Origin: Geosiphon pyriformis uo1 | Lineage: Eukaryota > Fungi > Glomeromycota | DNA length: 64,000 nucleotides | Direction: 5' to 3' | Assembly (NCBI GenBank): GCA_016748015.1 | Contig: JAAOMT010000577.1 | Coordinates: 540,666 to 604,665, forward strand | Part shown: positions 39,200 through 51,351 of the stretch, in pieces | Layout of the letters: each line of letters begins with the position of its first letter | How positions within the stretch are numbered: the stretch's first letter is position 1 | The notes under the pieces: model-generated | What the model was told of the DNA's origin: nothing | What the model saw: only the letters and a program-made list of their open reading frames with translations | Databases searched by the model: none | Program-made: the position numbers and the translations under genes

Positions 39200-41176
39200 G
39201 AATGGTGATTCATTTGCTTCAAATTCAAAAAAAAAGATATCAGAGAGATTGGCGTTTTCAGCAATTCAGGCTAGTGGAATAGTGGTGTAGTTATGAAAAG
39301 GGTTTTGTTGTTGTTGTGCTGCAGCTCTACCTTCCAAGAGTGCAGTATGGTGAAAATCCTGTTCTTCCGGCATTGTTAAATAACTGGGTTGAGTGTGGTA
39401 GTGGTTGGGTCTTGGTTGAGTGGTATTTCGGGAAACCAATTGGTTGTTCGAACTGATTTTACTGTTGTTTACTTGGTATCGGTTTTGTGGTGTGAATTGA
39501 TTTTGTGTAATCAGTCTTCGAGCAGGTACTTGATAATGTTGTGTGGGTGGTTGTTGGTATTGCTGTTGGATTGGTTGTGGGGTGGGCTGATAATAGTTAT
39601 TTTGGTATTGGGGTCTTGGTGGATAGTAAGCTGGTGATAATGGTTGATAATAAAATTGCTGTGGTGGAGAGTAACATTGATTACCTCTATTTTGTTAGTC
39701 TCGTTGTAGCTTTCTGCAATTTTTTTTCTAGTGGCCAGAGATTCCACAGTAATGGCAATTCTGGGGCTGGTTATTGGAAAGTGGTACAAAGTTATTTTGA
39801 TTTCATCTTTGGGGTGGTTGATATCTTTGTTGTTGTTGGTTGGTAAAATAGTTTTCGACCTTCTTTGTGAGTTGGTCAATTTTTTTCTTAGCTGCTGAGC
39901 TGGTTTCTCTAATTGCCAAATTTACAAGTTTTGTATGATTGGCCTCTTCCATGGCCATTTTGTATCTTTTTGCATGCTGTATGGCAAAGTTTAAATCTTC
40001 TGGCGTGTGTGAGCAAACCTTTTTAATTAGTTTATCTTTTAGACCAGCGATAAATTGATCCAAGATTTAAGCATCGGAATAATAATTGTTTGTCTCAAGT
40101 TGGCAAATCTGTCTGAGAAGTTTGTTGAATTTCCCAATATAAGTCATAACGGATTCGGAGGGTTCTTGTTTGATATTTCAAAAATAATTGTGAAGAGTGA
40201 TGGAGGTATTATTGTCGGTGAACTGTTCAAGGAAGGCTGCTTTGAAAGCGTTCCAATCATTGAATAGGACGGCCAGGTTTTCAAACCATTCTCCTGCTGT
40301 TTTTTTGAGAAAGTATGGAATTGTTCTTAACATTCTGGTGGCATTCCATCCATTTGCATCTCCGGCTTTAGTAACTTGGTCGAGCCATTCTTGAGAACTC
40401 GTTTCAATGTCTTCTCTATTAAAGTCAGGGATTTTTGCGATGTATGTTGTCATTTTGTCTTCTTCATTTTCACTGTCTATTAATTCTTTTTCAGTTATTT
40501 CAGAGTTGTTTTCTTCATTTGCTGCTGTCTCAGAGTGTTCACTTTGATTTTCAGCTAAAAAATCAAGGAGATTGGAACTAGTTTGAAGGGGTTCTTGTTG
40601 TCTGGTGAGACTTCTGAGTAATGTAAAATCTTCTGGTCTTGCAAATTGATTCAAGAGTGAATTAGGTGTTTGTGCTTGTGCAAGTGAAGCTGGAAAAAGT
40701 GTAATAGTAAGTGGAAGTTTTGAGCTGGTTCCTTGTTCAGGTGTTTGTAGATATTTGAATGATATTTTGGGAGTATTGGGTGTTGTGTGAACAGGTTGGT
40801 TATCTTTTTGTCTTTTGTTGCTACTGGTTTCAGGTTCAGATTTGAGTTCAAAGGCAAATTGTGTGTTTGCAGGATATTTTTCTTCACAGAATCGAATAAT
40901 ATTATAATTGAGTTCCTCAAAATAAGTAGTGCAAGCTTCAGCACTAATGTTTTCTGATTCAGTGTTGGAATAGTGTAGTATGTTCTCAAGAAGATCTCTT
41001 TTAACTGTTGTAATGTTATAGTTCTCAAAGAGGTAGTCATTGATTCGATTTTTGATGTATTGAAAAAGTGTTTTCTTAAAAGCTATGATTCCGTCACATA
41101 TTTCAAATCGTTGTTTACAGTGTGTGTAAATTGATTGATAGTACTCTAAGGTTGTAATGTCTGAGGCAGTCACCAC
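39200..41176 (-). pseudogene. gag: gag of element A
   Basis: ORFs 40178-41176 and 39803-40063 share a frame; capsid-like WLDQV...ANGWN...AGEWF, DQFIAGL; knuckle CHYCGISGH*KKNC; Q/P/N/Y-rich tail. Confidence 0.9.
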
Positions 41177-41207
41177 TTTAAATTTGTTACTGTGTTATTT
41201 CCGTGGA

Positions 41208-41216
41208 AGAGCACCA
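41208..41216 (-). promoter_or_regulatory. PBS of element A
   Basis: tggtgctct on the minus strand, 2 nt from the 5' LTR. Confidence 0.7.
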
Positions 41217-41218
41217 AA

Positions 41219-42204
41219 TGTTACTGAAGGTTTTTGGTCTCTTTTCTGTAATGTTATTGATACTTATTTGTTGTGAATTCATGTTTTCTGGATGTGGTTG
41301 AACCTCCAGTAACTGAATTTTTAACTTCAAATTATCTCCTATAATTTGAACTTGCTGGGCTTATGAGTGGAATGGCCAATTCCGTGTCAGTTGCTTTATG
41401 TAGTTACATTGTAGTAAACATCAACTCTTTCCCAGAAATTGCTCGTCTGAAAGCTCACTAAAAATGTGTAGTTACTTTGCTGTGAAAGTCAACTCTTCTA
41501 CAGGAATCTCATCTGTAGGCTACCTTAATGATTGTAATAAGAAAAGAAAAGAAAAATAAAAGAAATGTAAAAGAAATAAGATTTTTATCAAGGGAACGTT
41601 TTTTTATCCAGGCCTGGAGTCACTAACAGTTTACTGAAATTAGTAGCTAATCAATTTCGAAATGTTAGTTGGGTTTTTGGGGGTTTTTTCAAGTACAATA
41701 ATAAAAGAATTTGGTTTTTCGAATTATTTGATATTTATTTCTTTTTGTGTATATAGGAACGGTTTTAAGAGATAAATCTAAAGTAAGATACATTTTCTCA
41801 AAGAGAGAAGCTCTTCTTTTATACAACTTGTCGTAACACTATTCTATGAACTTGAACTTTGCTATTTTCTACAATTTCGCTAAACTAAAGATACATTTTG
41901 GCAAACTACAAGTTATTTCTGTGAACTATTAGATATTTTGGTGAACTATCAATTATTTTAGCGAATTTCTATAAATTTCGGCAAACTTTTGAATGTTATA
42001 TAGTTTGGGGTATTGCATGATTGATTATTGCAATTAGGTTACATTTGTGTTGTGTACAATTTGGGTTATTAATTAAATGATAATTTCGGACATTCTTTGC
42101 TAATGTAATAAATGATAATTTGAAACAATAATATATGCTAATTAATGATAGGAATTATAAGATAGTTTTATGCTAAATGATATCTCTAATTTCGTCTGGT
42201 AACA
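41219..42204 (-). repeat. 5' LTR of element A
   Basis: TGTTAC...GTAACA termini; repeat of 32350-33335. Confidence 0.95.
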
Positions 42205-42945
42205 GAGTTAATTAATGAATTTATCCATAGCTTCCCAAAACCACAGTTTTGTCAAATTTTTTTCTCAGCATAATGGCCAGTAATCTTCTTAATAAGCTAT
42301 CTTCAAATTTATGAGTATTCCACCCTTGTTTCATGGGTCTTTTACCAGTCACTATAACATCTGTATCTCAGTGCTTTAATCCTTAATCAATTAGTATACA
42401 ACAATAAAATCAAAGAAAGAGAAGAAAATAAAAGAAAATAAAATAAAAAAATGAACCAAGGCAATGTATGAGTTAGTATTCCGTCAATAGCTGTGATCAA
42501 GAGCTATTGTTCCAGTGTGATAAAGTATCAATTACTATCAATATAAAGTGTTGATAGTGATGAGTGGATTGAGATAGTGAATAATTATTTATTGATATTT
42601 GTGATGTGGAAGGTTTTTAACTAATAAATTCTGTTTTTTCTACTTCTAATGCTACTACTATATATACATAATTGATGTTTTATGAGATTGCTCATATTCC
42701 CGAGCAATGTGCTATAATTTTTTGAGCAATGCTCACATTGCTGAGTGATGTGCTCTTATTTTCTAACATCACTCCACATTGCTGAGCAATGTACTGTGTT
42801 TTCTAATATTCCTCTATATTGCTAAGCAATATGCTGTGATTTCTATCATTGTTCTATATTGTTAAGCAATGTGCTCATGTACTACATACTATTTTCTTAT
42901 TGGTTTACTATTTTTCTATATCTGTTTTTTTTTCTATAAGTAATA
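42205..42945 (-). repeat. Larger part of the split 3' LTR of element B
   Basis: Aligns with ~51473-52218. Confidence 0.93.
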
Positions 42946-42959
42946 TTATCTTCTTCTTT

Positions 42960-43595
42960 TTAATATTGAGCTTTGTCGAAATCTTTGTTTTGAATTAATT
43001 CTAATACTTCTTTTTCAAGTATTGTTTGTTCGACTCTGTTTTTCACATCTTCTACTTGTGTATTGTTCATTTTTCTCCATTGGTTGATGGTTATGGTTTC
43101 CATATCAGAGTGTAACAGTACTTCTGGATAGTTCTGAAATATGTTGTATAGTTGGTATATTGTTCTAACATGTAGTGTTGAATTTGTTTTCTTTTCAATA
43201 AATTCTTCAATTTGTTGTATTATGTCTTGGTTAAATATTTTCTTGAATTTGTTGATATACAACTCCTGAATATTCAACTTTTAATCTAACTGGTAGTAGC
43301 AATATGATATTGGAAGTCATTCTGTCCATTGCTTCCAATTTTCTTTCATAAGCTCTTCTGTTGGTGCCATAACAGAAATTTTCCCAAAAGTGTTCTTCAT
43401 TTTTTCTATTAAATTATCTGTCCAGTTTTTATTGTTCTTTGGTAGTCACTGGTATGATGTATTCTTTGTTTTTTTTTGGTTGTTTCAGTAGCAAATTATT
43501 TGGTTGTTAATTACAATTTCCATATTTAACTGTTGTTCACTTAAGGCCTAAAATAATTGTTGAGCTATAGTGTGAATATGATCTGATATTTTCAT
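42960..43595 (-). pseudogene. ORF3 of element B (unknown function)
   Basis: ATG 43595 (MKISDHIHTIAQQLF*AL) resembles the A ORF3 start (MTIPQNIQQLSQKLMLAL); RTIYQLYNIF resembles RAALRLYDLF. Confidence 0.75.
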
Positions 43596-43650
43596 TTTTC
43601 TTGGTTGCTTTTGTTATGTATACTGTGTCTTTATATACTCTTCGGTTTGT

Positions 43651-45034
43651 TCAATTTGATGTGTTTGGTTCAATAACTATAATTGGTTCCAGATCTCATG
43701 GTATCTTATTTGGTTGGACTAGTATTCTTTGTACTCCCAGTTATAGAATGTTATTGATAGATGATAATGCTATCTGGTGATATGGTTTTAGTCAATTACC
43801 ATGTGCTGCTTTGGCTAAAATTCTGTTGTTCTATCTTAATTTATAAGCTCCATTTTCAAGAATTTCTTCAATGTGAAATAGTCCATCCCATTTGGGGTCA
43901 AATTTTCCACTCCATTGTTTTTCTGCTTTAGTATGATGTAGAAGTACTTTGTCTTCAATCTTGAATTCAACTGGTTTGTCTGGTAGTTGGTTATCATGTC
44001 TCTCTTTTTGTTTCTCTTGTAACTTTTAAATGTTATTAGCTGCTCTTCATTGCTTGTTTTCTAGAGTTTCCATCAAGTCATATGTTCTTTTTAGCAATGT
44101 TTCCTGAAAATTGTCTTCAGTTATTGGTTCTGTTGGATAAGTGTTAACTTTTATCTCGACTGGTAATGTTGCTGTTCTATCATATACTAATTCAAATGGT
44201 GTTGTTTGTGTAGTGTCTTGCTTCATTGTCTGATAAGCAAATAGTACTAATAGTATAAATAAATCCCATTTGTTCTGGTTTTCTTGACTGATTTTGGCAA
44301 CTGCTTCACACAATGTTCTATTGAATCTTTCAACTAGTCTATTGGTTTGTGGATGGTATAGTGATAACAATGGTCTTTTAACTCCAAATTTTTGACTTAA
44401 TTCTGCCAGTGTTCTGTTCACAAAATGAGTTCCTTGATCTGATAATAGTTCTTTTGGACATCTGTGTTGACAGATCAAATCTTAATAGACAAATTCAGCA
44501 ACAAATTCTGCATCTGCTCTTTGAATGGCTTTTGCTTCTGGCTATTTAGTGAGATAATCCATAGCTACTGCAAAATATCTGTTGCCTCTGCTGGTAATTG
44601 TTAATAGTCCAACTAAGTCAATTCCAATGTGATCGAATGGTTGTCTCACTTTGATTGGTCTTAATGGTTCATTGGATCTTGTTTCTCCTCTTTTTTGACA
44701 AGCATCACAATTTTGAACATATTGAATAATGTCTGGATACATTGATGGCCAATAGTATCTTTTTCTGGTTCTTTCTATGGTTGCTTCTTTATAAAAATGT
44801 CTTGCTGTTAGGTCTGAGTGCATGTTGAATAATATTGTCTCTTTCTCTGGTTTTGTGATTACTCTGATTGGTTGATCTGAATTTCTTCTGTTTTTTCAGT
44901 AAAGTATATTTTGATGATTGATAGAATATTTTGATTGTTGTTTTATGTTGTTTTGTTCTTTTTTGAGATAATTTCTCCTTGAATAATTGAGTATTTATAT
45001 AATGTTGAAGTTATTGGTATTTTTGTATATTCAT
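43651..45034 (-). pseudogene. Integrase of element B (separate ORF)
   Basis: ATG 45034; HSDLTARHF...CDACQKR, IGIDLVG, SDQGTHF, YHPQTNRLVERFN, WDGLFHI. Confidence 0.92.
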
Positions 45035-45064
45035 GTTTTGTTATATTTTTGGGTTAAAATGTTT

Positions 45065-46480
45065 TTAGATTTGTCTTATTTGCAACAATCTGTCAGCATT
45101 TCTATTGTCTTTTTCTTTTTTATAATGTATTGTATAATTAAATAATGAAAGTTCTATTTTCCATCTGGCATAACAATCATCTGCAAATTCTTGTTTCTGG
45201 ATTGAAGTCAATCCCTTGTGATCTATATATATTTCAAACTTTTGGTTCAAGTATTCTCTCCATTTCATAACTGCTTAATAGATTGCTAAATGTTCTAGTG
45301 CTGGTGTTACATAGTTTTTTTCGGCTGGACTTAAGCTTTTACTGGCGTAAGTTACTGGATGTTCTCTTTCATCTGGTCTTTTCTGTAATAGTACTGCTTC
45401 CAATGCTTAACTTGATACATCCGTAATAATGATGAATGGTTTGCTGTGGTCTAAATACATCAACACTAGAGCTTGAATAAGCTTTCTTCTCAATGTGTCG
45501 AATGCTTCTTGTTAAGCTTCAATCCATTCATACTTTACATTCTTGGTTTGTAGATGGTAAAGTGGCTGGACTAGTTTAGAAAAGTCCTTGATGAAATGGT
45601 AATAATAGCCTGCGAATCCCAAAAATGTCCTTAATTCTGGCAAGTTTGTTGGTACTGGAAAGTTTTTTACTATTGCAATCTTATTTGAATTCATTTTGAT
45701 ACCATCTTTGCTCATCATATGTCCCAAAAATTTGAGCTCAGTTTTGCCAAAGAAGTATTTGTTGGCATTTAGTTTCAATCCTGTTCATCTGAGTTTTTCA
45801 AATACTTGTTGGAGATAATGTAGATAGTCATTAAATGTCTTAGAAAATACATTTGTGTTGTCTAAGTATACAATTACTGATTTCTATAGTAATCCAGTAT
45901 AAACAATTTCCATGAGTCATTGGAATGTTGCTGGAGCATTCATCAAGCCAAATGACATGACTTCAAATTCGAAATTCTCTTCTCTTGTCGTAAATACAGT
46001 CTTTTCTTTGTCGGCTGGGTCCATGGCTACTTGCCAGTAATCACTATCTAAATCTAGTATTGAGAACCATTTATTTCTTCCAAAGGTGTCGAATAGTTCT
46101 TGAATTTTTGGAGTTGGGTAGCTGTCTTTTTTGGTTACTCCATTTAATTTCTGGTAATCTGCACAAAAGCAGATTTTTCTATTCTTCTTTCAAACTAGTA
46201 CTACTGGTAATAACCATGGACTCATTGATGGCTGAATTAGTCCATTGTCAAGCATCCAATTGATTTCTTAACAAATAATCTCATGACTAGCTGGTGGTAC
46301 TCTGTATGCTCTTTGCTTAATTGGCATTGCATCTCCAGTCTTGATCTGATGCTAAATAATATTGGTGTGGCCAAATTCATTTTTGCTTGCAAAGATGTCA
46401 TTGAAATTACTGAGTAACATTTTTAGTTGCATTTGTTGGAGTGGGTCTAGATTCCCTATGTTGATCTGTTTTAATTGTTC
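45065..46480 (-). pseudogene. pol: RT and RNase H of element B
   Basis: LKFLGH, LRTFLGFAGYY, YIDHKGL, NRNADRLLQIRQI*. Confidence 0.92.
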
Positions 46481-46894
46481 TGGTTGGAGTAGATAACATT
46501 CACTTCATCCATATATAGTCTGTAATGTAATGTCTATATATCCACAAAGCTGTAAAAAGTCTGGAATATGGTTTGGTGGTTGATTCTCAACTTCAGTGGT
46601 TAAATATTCAGTGATGATTCCTTTTGGTATTTTAATGACATTTTCTGTTGTGTTGTAGATGGGAATTTTGATATTTTTGGGGCTTTTGGCTGATATATAG
46701 AGATTTGTGAATCTAATTTCTTCTGATTCGCAAATGGTGGCTTCTGCTTCAAACAACTAAGCTTGATTCTTTACTTTTCTTTTTATTGCTAACATATACT
46801 GGTCATATGGTGGAATAAAAATTAATTGATGGGTTAAGATAATTTCTCCTTTGTCAATAACCTCTTCCTCTGCCATATTAACTGATATGTCTAT

Positions 46895-47290
46895 TCTACC
46901 CATTGATTCAAATCCCTGTATCTCTCTAGTAGTAATCCCTAATTCTTCTCTGTTTTCCACTAACACTAATTGAGCTATTTTTACCAGAGGTAGGAATATT
47001 GCCTGTGCTATCTTTTTGTTTAGATCTATAGTATATGTTTTTTCTGAATTATTTTGTAGCATAGCAATAATATTTTCTACATATTCTGTGTCAATTATTC
47101 CTCCTCTGATGTTTATTCTTTTTTTTGCTAAACTACTCTTGGATGCTAATTGAACCATTGTTGTTGCTAGAATTTCCAGTGCTATTTTTAGATCAATGCA
47201 AGTGTGCAAATGTGATTCCAATTTGATGGAATCTTTCCTTGGATATCTCAGATCAAATTCTGTATCAGTATCATGCATGTGTTCAGGCAT
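46895..47290 (-). pseudogene. dut: dUTPase domain of element B
   Basis: DTEFDL, SKSSLA, GGIIDTEYVENI, KIAQAI, REIQGFESMG. Confidence 0.9.
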
Positions 47291-48564
47291 AATACCTTCA
47301 TTATTATCACTGAACTATTTCAGTTCTTGCTTCTTGGTAAGATCAGAAAGAGTGATATATGTTTTAGAGTTTGAATTGGGGTCTGAATTGTTGTTATTTT
47401 TGTTGCTGTTTTGAGCTGAGCTAGAACCAGTGTTTTCATTGTTGTCATTGTCAGAGTTTGAATTGGAATTGAAAACTGATTCTGATTCTGATGCACAGTT
47501 ACTGATTGGCTCTTCTTTCTCTGGGATTGTGTAGATCATGCATGGTAGTAAATTGTAAATGAAGTCACATTTATTACAATATTAGAAGTTACATGGGATT
47601 AAACAGTGGTCACATAATTGAGTGTTGATTTCTTTTAAGCATTGCTTCTGCTCTTTTCTAGTGGGTGCTAGACACTGGTAGTGTTCGTGAAATTTTTTTG
47701 GATTGTCCTCTATGTTGCCAAAGATGTCGAAAGTTTATACGTATTCAGGTTTAGGAAGAGACAAAAGGTTGTTTTTGATTTCTAGTAGTTCACTGGTTGT
47801 CACGCTTTCTGCTTTCACATATGTCAATCTCTATAGTTTATTTTTGTTGTAAGAATATCCTTCCAATTGTCGCAATGCTCGTTTCCAGACATCATCGATT
47901 AGTGTTCTTTGTTTACCCAGTTGTTGATTAGAATCGTATACTGACACATTTTATTGCACGTTCCTCTATGCCCAGGAATGTCATTCCACATTTCTTTGTT
48001 GGGCAAAATGGTTCCACATGTGAGACACAGTTGGTTGCTTCACTTTCTTTGTTGTTTCAGTCATCCAAAGCGTTTTATGACGCATGGGTGGCAATAAAAT
48101 TTTGTTGCCATGGAGTATTCCTTGTTATTGCCACAGCATGCACCCATTGACAACAATCTCTTGCCACAATTGACACACTCTCATTTTGGTTGACAATAAT
48201 TGGATGGTGGTAATGAAGTGTAAGCATATGGACTATAAGTACTACTGGTGAAAGAGGTTTCTTTTTTTTTCCTTTTTTTTTTTCCCTTATCAGTTTCTTC
48301 CCACTTCCAGTTTGCTGGTTCATCTTGGTCATTATCAGTTTCCTAGTTTTGATTGGTATTCTAGGTAAGTTCTTTGATTTCCTTTCCTTTTCCCTTGTCA
48401 TTCCAAGAAAGTATTGGTGGTAGCTTATTGTAGTCTTTGTTGGCCCAAGAGACTTAGTACACTTCGCAGGTAGGTTTCTTTTTTTTTTCTTTGAATTTAA
48501 TAAGTGGAGCTAATGGCATAGTGATGGGTTTGAAATGGCTACATGTGGCTGGTACATGTGTATG

Positions 48565-51291
48565 TCATCTGTTCTGGCTAAGCTGAAGCTTTTGGGTGTT
48601 CCAGTCGAGTGTTGCATTAATTTTGAACAGCCAGTCATTACCTATTAGTGCTTGATATTGAGTGGCTTCCATGACTAATATCTTGATTGGTACAGTGATG
48701 CCATTGATTTCTATGGACAAGTTATCTATTTCATCAATTGGAGTTTTGGTAGTTTTATCAGCTGTAATTATCCTTGCACTAACAGCTCGATCAACTTGGC
48801 AATCTAATTGGTCTATGAGCTGTCTTGTGATGATACTGCCAGTTGATCCACTATCTAGGATCAGTTTGATGAACTGACCATCAATTTTGGCATCTATGTA
48901 CATCACCGTAATAGATTTTTCCTCGAGTGCAGCTCCACTGAACAAAAAAGTTTCTGTCAGTTCTTTGATTTCGAAAGGAAATATAGCTGCTAGAAACTCG
49001 TCTTCCATAACAATGGCTGGTAGAATATTGGTAAGTAATTGCTTCTGTTTGGGTTCCCGAGTGTTGGATGAGACGTCTTTTGTGGTAACCAGAAGACTTA
49101 AATAGTTCTAGGAACTCGGGTTTTGAGTATACCCAGTTCCTGAACTCTGCTGTCATAATCTTGATGGCTGGTTGAATGAACTGGGGATCAGTTGGTGAAC
49201 AATCATCACCGATCTCCAGTTTTGGGTGATTCTTGATCTAGGGTTTTTTATTGTTATTTGAGCTGAGTTTGATGGTGGTGTTTGAACTGTGGGTGTCTGA
49301 TAAATTATTTGTGGCTGCAGTGGTTGATATATTATTGGTGGCTGTGATTAATAAACTGGAAGTTGATATATAGGTGGTTGATATATTGGCTGTTGTGTCA
49401 TTGGCAGATAAGTCAGTTAATAGGGTGCTGGTTTAGATTGGTAACTTAGAGTTGAGAACTGGTGATTAGGGTTTTGATATTGATTTCCTAATTGTTAGTT
49501 ATTATTATAAAATTAGCAGTCAGCTCTAATGTGGCTTTGTTTACTACAGTTATGGCAGACATGTATCTCTTGTTGCCACAGCTGATTTGGAGATGATAAT
49601 GAACATAACTGATTTTGGAAATGATTCATGTTTTTTGAATTATTGCATTATTGTGGTGGTTGATAAATTGCATGATTGTCAGTTAAGTATCCTTCCAATT
49701 TTTAATTAATTGAATTACTGAATTGTTTCAATTTGGAATTCAATTCAGATGATCCATTCATCACTAGGTTAACAGCTTAGGCATGGTTAGCTTTGAGTTC
49801 AACTACTTCAAAATCTCGGGTGTTGATAACTGCAGCTTAAAGATCTGTTGGATGCATTGGACATATGCGTTGGAGGATGCTCCTGTGCAGGCCTCTAATA
49901 AATTGGTTTAGAATTTGGGACACTGTAAAATAATCAGTCTGAATTGCTTGAATTTGGCACAGATTTTTATGGAAGCATCCTAAGTAAATAGTGACTGCTT
50001 CATTTTCCTTTTGTTTGATAGTGGTGAAAGTGTTTGCTAGCTAATTAATACTATTATTGTTACTGAAGTATTGTAGGAATGCAAGCTTGAATGTAGCAAA
50101 ATCTTGGGGTTTGTTAACCAAGCTTTAATACCATGAATTGGTGGTATCTTGGAGAAAGTAAGGAATGGCCTGCATAGCTCTGGCGTTATTCCAGCCATTG
50201 GCTATGATGGCTTTCTTCACATCATTTAGCCACATTTGGGCATCATCTTTTTCACTAGTGAATTTCTCAAGTTTTGCTATCAGAGCATAGGCCATTAGAT
50301 CAATATTTGGTTGTTGTAGTTGTTGTTGCTGCTCTTGAAGCGGCTGCTGTGGTTGTTGAGATGGTTGAAGTAGCTGCTGTTGCTGTTCATCAATTGGTGG
50401 AGCTGGATTAATCATGATTACTGAAGGTAAGTGTTGTTGATTATTGATGTCAGGATTGCAATCATTCTGATTGTGCTGTGTTTAGAAATTTGGAGTCTCA
50501 ATTTTTGGATTTTTCAAATTTGGATTTGGCTGAGTCTGAAAATTTGGGGTTTCAATGTTTGGGTTTTCTGAGATCAGTTTCTGGTAAGTAAATTCTTGAT
50601 CTTCAGATTCTTTTTCCTCTTCTTCTTGTTTTTTTTCTGAATCCATTACTTTCCAAGGACTCACGATTCCAAAATCTGGTTGCAGTAGTGGAGATCAAAG
50701 TCCTGATGGCGTTAAAGATTGTGACTTAAATCCTTTAAAATATGCACCATATAGTCCTAGAAAATCTTTTTTTCTCTGTTTACACTGAAATAGGAAGCAT
50801 TCAAATGTGGATGTTGTATTTGATGTGAATGTGCTTGTTGATGTGATGTTGATGGTGCTTCCAAGTGTATAGTGGTATGATGGATTTGTTGGTGATTCAA
50901 TTCTGTGTTTCTTCCAAGTAGGTGGTTGGATCTGTTGAGGTGTTACTGCTGGTGTTTGTAATTTTTCTTTGTCTTTATTGGCATAAGTGATTGGGTATCT
51001 TTGTTGTGTGTGATGTTCAATTTTTTTATTAATTTTAGTGATGATAGATGCGAAATTATAATTTGTTAGTAAGCTGGTGTTTTGGATTAATTCATGATAA
51101 AAAGTTTCTCTTGCTAATTCAATGTTTACTGGTGTTTTTAACAAATAGGCAATTTTTTTGTTAATGTAGAAATTAAAGACTGATTCTGCTAATATCTAAT
51201 TATAGTTCAATCCTAAGTGTTGACAGTAGTATTAAAATAAGAATTTTGTGAATCCTAAATGGTTTGCTCCTATACTTTCTGATTTTGCCAT
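48565..51291 (-). pseudogene. gag: gag and protease of element B
   Basis: ATG 51291 (MAKSESIG); WLNDVKKAIIANGWN capsid-like segment; CHNCSKQSHIRADC knuckle ~49515-49560; LILDSGSTGS and LIGNDWL. Confidence 0.88.
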
Positions 51292-51331
51292 TGTTGATTT
51301 ATTTGTTGATGCTGGTTCTCTGTAAGATTAT

Positions 51332-51349
51332 ATCTTACAGGGAGCACCA
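51332..51349 (-). promoter_or_regulatory. PBS of element B (probably elongator tRNA-Met)
   Basis: tggtgctccctgtaagat 2 nt from the LTR. Confidence 0.7.
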
Positions 51350-51351
51350 AA

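Larger units (their letters stand above)
32350..42204 (-). mobile_element. Ty3/Gypsy element A, full length, innermost and best preserved
   Basis: LTRs 32350-33335 and 41219-42204; TSD aagt/gagt, with the empty site acagagagttaat visible in the other B LTR (~51468-51480); PBS and PPT present. Confidence 0.95.

Noticed and set aside
39389-39879. Val/Gly/Trp-rich and alternative-frame ORFs
   Set aside because: Shadows of the Q/P/N-rich gag tail.
42680-42880. Palindromic repeats as a CRISPR array
   Set aside because: Degenerate units with mutually similar spacers, inside an LTR and duplicated in the partner LTR; no cas genes.
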